DNA from: Spongospora subterranea f. sp. subterranea
Lineage: Eukaryota
DNA: 64,000 nt
NCBI GenBank assembly: GCA_049724395.1
Contig: JAUGWO010000112.1
Coordinates: 1-64,000, forward strand
Direction: 5' to 3'
Below, in pieces: positions 9,995 to 21,909 of this stretch. The notes under the pieces were generated by a model. The model saw only the letters and a program-made list of their open reading frames with translations, did no database searches and had not been told where the DNA came from. Position numbers and translations under genes: made by a program. The first letter of the stretch is position 1, and each line of letters opens with the position of its first letter.

Positions 9995-12900
9995 TCACGG
10001 TCCGTCACCATACACCCCCCGTAGTCCGATACAAGCGAATCGGACTGATCTCCGAGGTCCCGTGTGCTCGTTGCGAGGCAGCGAACTCGCACTGGCCTGC
10101 GCGTACGTCTCGTCCCGATCACTTTCGTCGTCAGAGGTCTCAAAATCGGCGGGATTATACGGCTCGAAGTCGCCGTCGTCCGCGTCTAAACTGGGAATTG
10201 CGCTGTCGCTCGCTCTCCCGTCTCTGCTTGCCCCCGCACCTGCGTTATTATCGTCGACACTGGCAGCCTCGTCTTGGTTCCGTCGATGATTGTCGCCAGT
10301 CTCTTCGTGGTTGCCTCGAACAGGTACCATCTGGTCCACATTGAACGATGCTTCCCGACCGGTATTTAGATGCCGTAGCCTGTAGGTACCCACAGCATTG
10401 GAATGTCGAGACAGGACTCGCCATGGCCCCGTTAATCGCGGTAAGAATCGCCTAGATTGTCGCTCCTCCAGAACAGATTCTGACGCCGTCCTATTCACCC
10501 AGACAAGCTGATCAATTTCCAACTCCATATCGCCTCGGTCACGATTAGCCTGTTCCGTCGATGCCCGATACGCCTCTGCCGCCGAACGCTCGGCCAGGGT
10601 CCATGCGGCGCGTAGTCGTCTTCGCAGCCGCGCCAGGTATTCTCGCTGAGATGCCGGTGCTGTCCTCGGAACCTGACAGTCGTACATGCTCGGTCCGCGT
10701 AGGTCCCTGCCGAACTCCAGAAAGTGTGGCGTCTGCCCCGTCGTCCGGCATATTCCCTGTCCATACGCAAACGTGACGTAATTTAGGACCCGATCCCATC
10801 TTGCTTGATCCTCTGCCGTCAGCGTCCGCAGAAACGAATTGAGATACCGATGCGGTCTCTCCGCCATGCCGTTTCCTTGCGCTCGATAGGCCACCGTCAT
10901 CGCCAGACGAATCCCCATCATCGCGCACAGTGCCTTCCATAACTCGTTCCGCCACGACGAGCTGCGGTCAGCAACTAGCTTTTTGGGAAAACCTTTCGTC
11001 TAAGAAGATGCCGTTGATGAGCGCCTCCGCCGTCTCTGTCGATGACAACGATTTCACCGGGATAAATATTGTCGCATGCGTAAAACGACACGTGGCCGAT
11101 AACACATGTTTGTAGCCCCGCGACGTCGTCGGTAGGCTGACGACATGATCGATATGCACCACTGCCCATGGCTCTCTTGGCGCGCCATCGTCATCGAAGA
11201 TTTGCCGCCGTCCTTGCTTCGACGGCGTTGACAACTTGGCCTGTTGACACGACCAACAATCTCGGACATGTGCCGCCACGTCCCGGCCCATACCCGGCCA
11301 GTAGGCATCCCGACGCAGTCGCTCAAGCGTTCGACGCTCCCCCAGATGTGCACCCAACAGGCTATCATGGGCCAGTCGGATTCGCTCAACTCTATCGGAC
11401 TTCGGTATGCAGATCTGCCTCTGCTCCTGATGTCGATCGCTTTCCGGCTGGATCCTGATGAGGATGCCGTTGCCGTCTAGAACAATGTTGCCGTCCCTCC
11501 GTAAGCCTCGCTTGCCCTTCTCGATGCCTTCGATAATGTTGCTCCACAGGGGGATCCGCCCGCTGCCTTTGCCGCAGCTCCGTCACATTCGATTCCTCCT
11601 CCTGCCTTGAGGCGCTGTTGACGGCCCAGCCGCTGTCCACAACGTCTTCGTCGTCATCCAGGTCCTGGCCGTCGTCCGTCTCCACCCCGCCCTCCCGTAG
11701 GGGATCGCCGGCTTCGTGGGTGTACTCGTGTAATCGGCTCAACGCGTCCGCGTTTTGATTCGCCGCCCCTGGCTTGTACCTCAACGTGTAGTGGAAACAT
11801 TCCAAGGCCTCCCAGATCCTGTTCAGCTGAGCATCGTCGTGTTCCCGCCGCAGGAATTCCAAAGGACGATGATCGGTTTCAATGACAAAATGCTGTCCCT
11901 CCAGAAAGCATCGCCACTTCCGCAATGCTCGTCGGATGGCGACTGCCTCGCCACGCCTCGCCGAGTAATGCCGTTCCTTACCGACGCATTTCTTCGACAT
12001 GTAAGCAATCGGATGTTCCAGTCCGTCATCATCTCGCTGACTCAGGACGGCGCCCATGGCTGAACTGGAGTAATCAGTCTGGACAATAAAGGGACGCGTG
12101 AAGTCCGGATGAGCCAATAGCGGGCGCTCCGTTAGTTGCCGACGCAGCTCTTCGAATGCGACTTGATGCCGCTCCTCCCACCTCCATTCTACGGCTTTCG
12201 CGGTCAGGTCAGTCAAAGGTGCTGCTAACCCGGCAAAATCTTTGATGAAGTGATGATAGTATCCTGCCAGGCCCAGGAATGACTTCATCGCTTTCTTGCT
12301 CTGAGGAGCCGGGTATTCTGCCACGACCTCGATCAGACGCCGATCGGGTCTCACCCCATCTCCGTCAATCTGATGCCCGAGATACGTCGTCTCCCTTTGC
12401 AGCAGAAACGTCTTTGCTGGGTTGACCATCAAATTATGCGCACGCAGTCGCTCGAAGACGCGAGTCAGCTGGTCCAGGTGCGTCTCGATCGCTGCCGAGA
12501 ACACAACCACATCATCCATGTAAACTAAGCAGTCCACGTAGTTAAGGCCGGCCAGCACTTTGGCCATCAGTCGGCAATAAGTTGCCGGCGCGCATCTCAG
12601 CCCGAAAGGCATGGAGTTCCACTCGAACAGGCCCTGTTTGGTGACGAATGCTGTTTTCGGCTTGTCCTCCTCCGCCACCGCCACCTGCCAGTATCCTGAC
12701 GCCATATCGAAAACCGAGAACCATTGGGATCCAGACATCGCAGCCAGCGCATCGTCGATTCTTGGCATCGGGTAACCGTCCGATATCGTAACGTCATTTA
12801 ACCTGTGATAATCGATTGCAAACCGATAGGTGCCGTCTTTCTTCCGCGTCAACACAATCCCTGAGGCCCAAGGACTGGTCGACGCGCGAATATGACCTTC

Positions 12901-13914
12901 CTCAAGAAGCTTCTTCACGGTCTCGCTGACGTGTGACTCCATTGCCGGATGTAGACGTCGTGGCGGGCAGGCGATCGGCTTCGCGTCCAGGATCAGCGGG
13001 ATCCTGTGCTCCAGTGTCTCCGTTGTCGATAAACGCTTGTGCCGCGTTTTAAATCGGTCCCTGTTGTCCCGGACCCATTGCCGTATTTTTTCTTGCGTCG
13101 GGTAGTCGAACAAACTCCACTCCACATGGATTGCCTCCAGAACCGCCGCCGTTTGTTCGTCTTCTTCCTCCGTCGCACACGCCGCAACTCGGTCAGCCGC
13201 TGTCCGAGTTGCTGATCCCACCGTTGTCCCCGCCGGACGCGTTATCGATGAGTCCCCCAGGTTCGCCACCAAAGCCCAGACGCGGCCGTCCCGGGCTTCT
13301 GCGATACCTTCTGCCAGTACCAACTCGCCCTTAGCGCGCCGTAGGTCGACAACCCCGTCCGAGCCCGAGCCTACGTCCAGCTCCACCATTGCCTGGTGAT
13401 CGGGTTGAAGTATAATGTCGGACACCAGCCTCAGCTCCCATATGCCATGCTGTTGCCGTTTGGGTGTCCGAAAAGCCACTTGAACGTCGAGTTCTTGGAA
13501 AGTGACGTTCTCGCCAGTGACATCCACCATCGCGCCCAACTCCGCTAGATGTTCGCGTCCCAGTAGCAGATCGCACACCAGGTCGTCGAGTACGAGGAAA
13601 TTCCCCGTCCACGGTTGTCCCCCGATGGTCAGCTGCATAGTTGCCCAGCCGTCCGCACGAACTTCATCCCCAACGAAACTGGCCATCGCTGCGGATCTGG
13701 TCGCCATTGGGCGGATCTCTGCCCTCGCCGCCTCCGCGGCCCGACGTCTGACTATGCTGACGTCTGCGCCCGTGTCGACCAACGCTAGGAACTCCCGGCC
13801 CCCAACGTCAACTGTAATCAACGCGGTACCGCCGCGCTGTTGATGCTCTACCCCAGAAATTTGCAGGCCCCCCGGATCGAAAGGGCTTGGGGCGGCTGCA
13901 GCCGCCCCGCCTCC
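9995..13914 (-). CDS. Gypsy Pol (PR-RT-RH-IN) with frameshifts in the integrase region
   Basis: LVDTGAD, MPFGL, VYMDD, QTDYS, ETDH; H..H..CWSC integrase finger; GNGMAER; LTGPW GPF/Y-like motif. Confidence 0.9.
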
Positions 13915-15007
13915 TCAAGCCGAAGCCTGAGAAGACGCATCTTCCTTGGCCTTATGCGGGCACGCCGCCCGCATGTGGCCATTCGCACCACAGCTAAAGC
14001 ATCGTTGGCGCTCTTTCACCCGCGCGCAATCCCTGAAGCTGTGCGCGTTCGTCTCACAGGTCCTGCACCGGAAGTCCGCCTGCTTGGCCGTCGCGTCCGC
14101 CAACGGAATCGTGATCGCCCCGACCGTCCTCGGGGGTTTCTTGTCGCCTAGCTGCTCCCGGAGTCTTTCCTGATAGAGGCAGCTGTGAAGGAACCGCAGC
14201 CGCTCCTCCACCGTCAGATCTCGGGCCCGGTTGCTGTACAGGTGGGTCTTCTCCAGTACGTCCCTGGTTCGCTGCGACAAACTTCCTCGATAGATGAAGT
14301 ACCAGGAGCTCCGAGGATGCCTCCTCCGGTTGGTTCGCCGTTAGCTCGTTGAGAGCGGTCTCCAATCGGGTCAGAAACCCGGTCAACGGTTCGTCCGTAC
14401 GCTGATGGACTGCTAGCGCTGCCTCCATCCAGCGTGAACGGTCTTCCTGCTCCAGCGCTCCCGTGATGCGGTCGCGTGCATATATGAGGACATCCTCGTA
14501 AGGCGACGTCGGCAACATTCGTTCCGCCGACGAAATGATTTCCGCCAGCGCCTTGTTGCTGATTCGGGCCCGGAGCCATAGCTCTATCCCGGTCCGTTCC
14601 ATCGCCCCCATCCGCCGCACGGACGAGATCGCCATGTTCAGCCACATGACGACACCGTCTGTCTCGGACGATTTCCATGGGTCACCGGCGCATGTTGCCA
14701 GTTTTGGAAACGTCCGGCCCTGTTCTGCCGACAGCCGCTCGTCGGAGCGCTGCCGTTCGACCCGTTGCGCCTGGCCCTGCGACCAACACTGGCGCCCCGC
14801 CGCGTTCGCTTCGGGCGACTCAGAAGCATAATCGTCGCCATCCTGCTCGCGCTTCACTGCGATCGTTGCTGTCGGGCTGGACGGCGACAGCCGGGCTACC
14901 AGCTGCTCCATGACCCGCGCGATGCGGTCTTGCTCTGCTTGCAGCTTCTCTATCGCCTCGCGGCTATGCTCCCGCATCTCCGCCAGACTTTGGCGGATCT
15001 CATCCAT
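13915..15007 (-). CDS. Gypsy Gag with two CCHC knuckles; one frameshift near 14280
   Basis: CRTCETNAHSFRDC and CFSCGANGHMRAAC in 13915-14280; N-terminal part in 14054-15007. Confidence 0.8.
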
Positions 15008-16447
15008 CGTCGCTCCCGATTAATAGATCCGAATATGTGTTGTGCCGTTACCCTCAGGGAGCAATATTAGTAGTTAGAAGGTGAGGCTTTTGAAAATAAA
15101 CCAAAGTGGTCGTCTAAAGTATATTCGGATCTATTAATGACTTTCTAGAAAAAGGGTCTGCCGGCCTTCGTCTCCCATGCAAGGAGTCACACTCTTACTT
15201 CTTGGCGTGAATCACGGCCCGTCACCATATGGTGAGCATAGAAACGAGATAACACAGTTGAGAGAGAAGGAAGAAGACGAAACAATCCAGTCAGGCGGGG
15301 AAGTCTGACCACGAAAGGTATATAAGGCAACCCCCATGCCGTTACATGTAAGCCGCGAGTGACCCCAAAATGCTGTGAACACTAAGGGAATCGAACTCAC
15401 GACCTTGGTAGCCATCATACTGTTAGGAACTGCGCCCGAGATACACAGTTACCAACTGACCCAAAAGATACTATGATGGCACAAGGCCATCATTCTCGGG
15501 TCCTTATATACCTAAGACTTTTGGATCATGACATCAACGAGACCTTCTCTCCCGTCGCACATCTCGCATCAGTTCGAATTATATTCGCGCTTGCCGCATC
15601 CCTGAACTTGACACTGAGACAGCTCGACGTGGTTGGGGCTTTTCTACAAGCAGAACTTCCAGAAGAGATCTATATGGTCCAACCGGAAGGTTTTACCTCT
15701 GAGGATCCCAAATTAGTGTGCCGACTCAAGAAAAGTCTTTACGGACTCAAGCAGGCCGGACTAGTTTGGAACGATACAATCAACCGCTTCATCACTGAAA
15801 CACTTCACTTCAAACGTCTCAGCTCGGATGCCTGCGTGTACGTCAAGAGATAGAAAAACGACATTGTTAAAATGTCACTCTCGACAGACGACCTACCAGT
15901 TGCTGATAACTGTCCGTCACTGATAGAGAACATCGTTTCTCAGCTCTCCACACGTTTTCCAATGACGGATCTAGGTAACCCGAAGCGCTTACTAGGGATG
16001 AGGATCACACGTAGTAATGACGGTATCTTACTTGACCAAGAGGCCTACATCTTGGAGCAATTATCAAAGTTCAACATGATGGACTACAAGCACGCAGACA
16101 CGCCCGAACAATCAGGACTCAACCTGGAGAAGAACATGTGTGCAACAACAGCCGAAGAGAAGCAAGAAATGCAAGAAACCCCCTATCGTGAACTAGTTAA
16201 AGCTCTTAACTGGATCGCAACGTGCACCAGACGGGATATCTCACATGCAGTGTCCTCACTCTGTCGGTTCCTTGACAACCCAGGTCGCCAACATTGGACA
16301 TCTGCGAAGCGTGTTCTTAAGTATCTTAAGGGAAGCAGCAACTCTGGACTATTCTTCAAAGCCGATCAGCCGCCACATCTGACCGCCTACTCGGACAGCG
16401 ACTGGGCCGGAGACAAAGATTCAAGAAAATCCACTACTGTATACACC

Positions 16448-16869
16448 AGCTTGGTTCCTGTCTGTCCCTGTTGATGGCAGGCATGTCCGGGTGAGTGTTA
16501 GGCATGAGTTCGAAACCCCGTGAGTGATGGAATTTTGGGAGACCCCCCAAGGTTGCATCCAATACTGAAAAGTAGAGTGAATGTTGAGCACGAAGGTCTG
16601 ATCACGTGGCCTCTAATGAATGTGGAAGAACGAGCTGTTTGCAGTAAACTCGGAAACTCTGGATAGGCAATGTAATCAGGTGGGGGCAGGTCCCATTCGG
16701 TGTGGTCGTTAGGATAGATTATGTTGCTGAATCCAGCTGATCTAATAGGTTCCTTCATTGGATACCCAAGCTAATTGTAGCGGCCAGGCGGAAGTAAGGA
16801 AAGCCTGGTAGTGCACTGGCTTACTCAACCCATAAGAACCCGCGATCCTTTGTATACCATACCATACCA
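16448..16869 (+). mobile_element. SINE-like element, full length, ~13-bp TSD TACTGyATACACC
   Basis: Splits copia-2 RNase H codons STTAYTL; GAGTTCGAAACC B-box-like motif; (ATACC)n tail. Confidence 0.88.
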
Positions 16870-17786
16870 TACTGCATACACCCTCATGATGTCAGGATGC
16901 ACGGTGGCCTTTAAAAGCTCCCTACAAAAGATTGTTGCATGCTCCTCAACCGAGGCAGAATTCATCGCCCTTTCAGAGTCAATGCGGGAAGTGATATGGA
17001 TCAGATCGATTCTTGGAGAACTTGGCTTTAATCAAAGCAAGGCTACTAAAGTGATGGAAGACAATCAAGGCTGCATAGCAATTTCGAAAAACAGACGCAT
17101 CGACAAACGTACGAAGCACATCGATCTGCGTTTCCACTTCTGTCGCGATCAAGTCGAACAAGGGACCATCAAGGTTGAATACTGCTCGACAGAAGCCATG
17201 ATTGCTGATGCGCTGACGAAGCCAATCAACGCCCCCAAGTTCAAATGGTACCGCGCCGCAATGGGAGTCATAACCTGCAAGTTGAGAGGGCGTGTTGAAT
17301 ACAACTTGCCTGCCTCAAGTACGGACATTCTCCAAGGAAAATGCGTACCCCCAGTCGACGCAGCCACGGCAAGAGCATGACATAAAGCTGACTGTACGGA
17401 CTTTACGCATTGGGCTATAAATAGCCATTTCCCAAGGTATCTACTATATAAGCAATTACGCCACAATAATAAATTCATTCAGCTATTGCATCTGTTTGAG
17501 CGACATCAACTTTCCACAGTGTCGTCCCTGATCTATCCTTCCCTTTGTATAAAATGACATACATTGTCATACTAAAGAATTCTTTGTAACATACATCGGT
17601 ATACACTGGTCAGGTGGACTACTATAGATGCTATTTACACACAATAGATGTTCCTATTCCGAGCCAATATACTCTCTGTGTATTAGATCCGATATCTGGT
17701 CCGTAATGTCCGTCAGGAACTCCGTTGCCAGCTATATCCAATTCAATAGGGTAGCCTGTCGTAGGCTATAACATAGGGTCAATACG

Positions 17787-20667
17787 TTGACACATATGTT
17801 TCAAATGTCAAGGTTTTCTGAAGAGAAAGGGAATCTTGTGGCAACGTACCGCACCAAGGACTCCTCAACAAAATGGCAAGGAGAGAGGATGAACAGAACG
17901 ATCGTGGAGATGGCGCGATGCCTGTTGTTTGACTCTGGACTACCGACTCCGTATTGGGAATACGCGGTCCGGTTGGCGGTCTACATCAGAAATAGGACAA
18001 TAACAAAGGTCAATATGGACGAGACGTCATCGTATGAACTCATTCACAAGAGGCTACCAAGTCTTGCAAGTGTGCCACTGTTCGGATCTCTGTGGGAGGT
18101 TCATGTTCCAGATTCACATCGAAGCAAGTTCGACAGTAAATCAAGAGAATGCAAATTCCTTGGATTTGCGGATGATGCTAAGGCGTATGTGTTTGAGATT
18201 TGAAGACGTCGAGAAGGTTTATATCAAGGGACGCAAAATTGAAGGAGACTCGCACAACACCAGTTGAGATGCTAGCGGATGACGACGAGGACGAGGAAAT
18301 CCTGCCCGCAAGTGCAGTCAAAGGCCAACTGTTCAAGAACACGAATTCGAACCTGAAGGTGTAAGACAGCAGCGACGAAGCCGTCTTCATCGGGAAGAAG
18401 AAGCCGGGACTAAGAACATGCAAGCGAATTAGTGCTTGGTTCCTGTCTGTCCCTGTTGGTGGCAGGCATGTCCGGGTGAGTGTTGGACATGAGTTCGAAA
18501 CCCCGTGAGTGATGGAATTTGGGAGACCCCCCAAGGTTGCATCCAATACGGAAAAGTAGAGTGAATGTTGAGCACGAAGGTCTGACCACGTGGCCTCTAA
18601 TGAATGTGGGAGAGCGAGCTGCTTGCAGTAAACTCGGAAACTCTGGATAGGCAATGTAATCAGGTGGGGGCAGGTCCCATTCGGTGTGGTCGTTAGGACA
18701 GATTATGTTGCTGAATCCAGCTGGTCTAATAGGTTCCATCATTGGATACCCAAGCTACTTGTAGCGGCCAGGCGGAAGTAGGGAAAGCCTTCTAGTACAC
18801 AGGCTTACTCAACCCATAAGAGCCCGCGATCTTTTGTATACCATACCATACCAAGCAAGCGAATTACGTGGAAGCCGGCACTGTACATGGACGAGTATGC
18901 CGGCTGTGGAGCCAGCAACAACAACTATGGCGTTGAAAGAGAAAAGATGAAAGAGAGCGATGGAAATGGAGTACGATTCATTAAGCAAGAATAAGACTTG
19001 GGAAATTGTTCCGCGACCAAAAAGAAGAAATGTGGTCAGCGGCAAATGGGGGTTTAAGGCGAAAACCGATGCTGCAGGAAACGTGATTAGATGCAAGGCA
19101 CGTTACGTGGCCCGAAGATTTAGCCAACAGCCAGGAACCGTCTTTGACGAGACCACTTCACCGGTTGTGAATCTAACCACCCTTAGATTACTCATGGCGA
19201 TTTCAGCCAGGTTGGATCTGGAGGTAAAACATATGGATGCCGACACTGCTTTTCTTTACGGAGAATTGAAAGGAGAGATCTACCTGGAGCAACCGGAAGG
19301 GTTCGCGGTGCAGAACGAGAATGGCGAGATGGTATGCAAGTTGAAGAAAGCCATATATGGCCTGAAGCAGGCGGGTCGCGTTTGGTAGGACCAGATAAAC
19401 GAGTACTTGAAAAGCGATGGCTTCATCGCGACGAACGCGGATCCATGCCTGTATTGTCAACGCTCTGAAGACAATGTCACATTCATCGTCATATATGTCG
19501 ACGATTTGGTGGTGGCATCATCAAGCACAACCATCATCAAGAAAACAGAGGATTTCCTTAGAAAAAGATATTCGATGAAACCCGTTGGTGACATCGCGTA
19601 CTTACACCGGCATCAAAACCGAGCGAAAGAGAGGCAAGAACTCGATTGTCATGAGTCAAGAGTCCTATGCGAAGGAGATACTTGTCCGGTATCAGATGCA
19701 AGATTGCAAGCCAGTGAACACCCCATCTATTATCACAACGACAAGTCTGACTCAATCGGCAAAGTAAAGTTTCCTGATTCAGCTGCTGTTGGATCCCTGA
19801 TGGTACCTGATGCTGGGAACAAGACCAGATGTTGCACAAGCGGTGGGAGCAGTCTCACGACACACGAGCAATCCGAGTGAGCAAGATGTAGTGGCACTCA
19901 AGAGAGTTTTACGATATGTCGCAGGTACGACGTCGACGGGGATCAAGTACGACGGTAAGATATCAAGCAGTAATGTTCTTGGGTTCGCCGACGCCGATTA
20001 TGCCGGCATCGAGGTGAATCGAAAGTCGACATCGGGAGTTATTTCTATGATGAACATTGGTCCGATAAGTTGGACAAGCAGATTGCAACGGTGTGTGTTC
20101 CTGTCAACAACTAAAGCTGAATACGTGGCGTTATGCTCAGCAGCACAAGAGGCGTCGTGGCTTCGCGGCCTGCTTAAGGATTCGGGATTCGAACAGGATG
20201 CGTCAACGATCATCTATGAGGATAATCAGGCGGCAATCACGCCCGCAAACACATTCCAGATAAAGCGAAACACATAGAGGTCCGCTATCATTATACAAGG
20301 GATCAGATCGCGAAAGGAGTGATTCAGCTGCGATATTGCAAGTCTGACGACATGACGGACGATATACTGACTAAGCCACTTGATCCAGTAATGTTTAACA
20401 GGCTCCGCAAAAGTTTCATGTTCACGCCCGTACGCTCGGGTGGGAGTGTTGAAATTACCGTTGAGTCGTCGAGCTGCGGTCATGACAGTGATGATGTCGC
20501 TCGGCGGAGCTTGGCGACGGGGAGGACTGTCCGCCCGGACTTTCCAGCCACTGTCTTACAGTGACGAATTGCTGGATCAACGATGGGAGGGGGAGTGCAA
20601 TCTGGCAATCATCCGCTGAATAAACTCACTTCTTGAATTGATCAACTCTTTAGTCTCGCATAATTCA
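17787..20667 (+). mobile_element. 5'-truncated degenerate Ty1/copia 3 (IN-RT-RH, 3' LTR ~20447-20667)
   Basis: ERMNRTIVEMAR, KARYVAR, IYVDD, FADADYAG; PPT GGGTGGGAG then TGTTGAA. Confidence 0.85.
18432..18854 (+). mobile_element. SINE-like element, full length, 12-bp TSD GCAAGCGAATTA
   Basis: TSD at 18420-18431 and 18855-18866. Confidence 0.9.
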
Positions 20668-20879
20668 GAAGACCCGCGTTGATGGCCGACCACGACCTCA
20701 AGCAAACGGAACTGCTACCCTCTTCTCAGAACAGCGTAATCTTACAGCGTTGTTGATGAATTGTACTCCTGAGGAATGCTATTTCAAAGAAATTAATTGG
20801 TGTTTCCGCATCAACTATAGCGATTTCACTGGACTCAACTTCGTTCTGATATTGCGTCGTTTAGTGCTGAATGTTTACA

Positions 20880-21905
20880 TTGTTTGGTTTCCAAAGAACC
20901 GCATCGCATCCCGAGGCCCTTGGGGTCGGCAGTTCATGGCACGAAGCCCAATCAGGTTGTTCATGTTGATTTCTTCGATATGGGGAAACCGCCGCGTCAC
21001 GCATCGCATAACTGGCGTTGTATCTTATTGCTGCAGGATGATCTATCGAAGTTCTGCGAGCTCATTCCGGCGGAGTCGGCTACGGCCGAAGTTATGGCCA
21101 CAGCATTCGTGCAATGGTGCACACGCTATGGATCGCCGGATTATTTGGTTTCGGATGCTGGCCTCATTTCAAGAATCAGCTATTGTCGCATACATGTAGA
21201 TTGTTGAACGTCAAGCATCACGTTACTACGGCCACGCTTCATTGGAGTAATGGCACCGTCGAACGTGCTGGCGGAACGATGCGTGCTATATTCCGCGCGC
21301 TTTGTTCTGAATTTCGTCTACAATCTTACGCATGGCCGCAAATTATTAACGTGGTTCAGTTCGTATTCCTGCATTCGCCGCGCCGATCATTGGGCGGATT
21401 AGCACCTATAACAGCGTTCATCAATCACGAAGCGGAATCGGCGTTAGACTCCATCGTGGCGCTCGCGAAAAAGGATTTGTCGGAAATGGTACAGCCGTCG
21501 GCGGAGGATATTCGCGCCTTGGTGATGAAGGATTTAGCGGATTTTGAAGATTTGCATAAGCAATTGTCAACACACAATCGTGCGCAGGTTCGCCGGCGCT
21601 CCAGTAAATCTAGACATACTCCGGATTTTATGGTCGGCGATTTCGTCAGCAGCGCGTCGCGAGGGCGTGTTTTCAAAGGATAAGCTTCGGGTCAATTGGA
21701 GTGGTCCGCATCGCGTCACATATTCATAGCCCATGGATTTATGAAGTTGAGCATTTGCTGACAAGCGAATCGAGAAAAGTTCATTGTACACGACTAAAGT
21801 TTTATCATGATGCATCGTTGAAAGTTACGGAAACCATGAGGCACATCGTGGCTAACAATGACACCGGTTACGAAATCGAGAAGTTTCTGGATATCCGCCG
21901 TTCGC
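20880..21905 (+). pseudogene. Gypsy integrase remnant reaching the start of a chromodomain
   Basis: VHVDFF..LVSDAG..SNGTVER..WSGPHRV..HCTRLKFY..YEIEKFLDIR, frameshifted. Confidence 0.75.
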
Positions 21906-21909
21906 CAAC

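Larger units (their letters stand above)
9821..15229 (-). mobile_element. Ty3/gypsy element, LTRs 9821-10014 and 15038-15229, TSD TGGT
   Basis: LTRs differ by one substitution plus 2 terminal nt; G6 PPT at 10015-10020; gag-PR-RT-RH-IN order. Confidence 0.95.
9633..15533 (-). mobile_element. TRIM (LTRs 9633-9745 and 15421-15533, ~260-bp noncoding interior), TSD TCAAC, interrupted by a gypsy element
   Basis: LTRs differ at one base; TCAAC at 9628-9632 and 15534-15538; interior matches 26396-26657. Confidence 0.93.
6520..17518 (+). mobile_element. Ty1/copia element 2, degenerate, LTRs 6520-6749 and 17293-17518, TSD GTGTC; contains TRIM, gypsy and SINE insertions
   Basis: Paired ~230-bp LTRs with roughly ten differences; GTGTC on both sides; ORFs with WILDSACSTHM, SDGGGEY, KLKARLVIKGF, YSDSDWAG; stops and frameshifts. 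Confidence 0.95.

Noticed and set aside
16448..16869. SINE as a 5S rRNA, SRP or RNase P gene
   Set aside because: Only short motif resemblances (TGGGAGACC, GCCTGGTAGTAC) in the wrong order; TSDs show it is a mobile insert.
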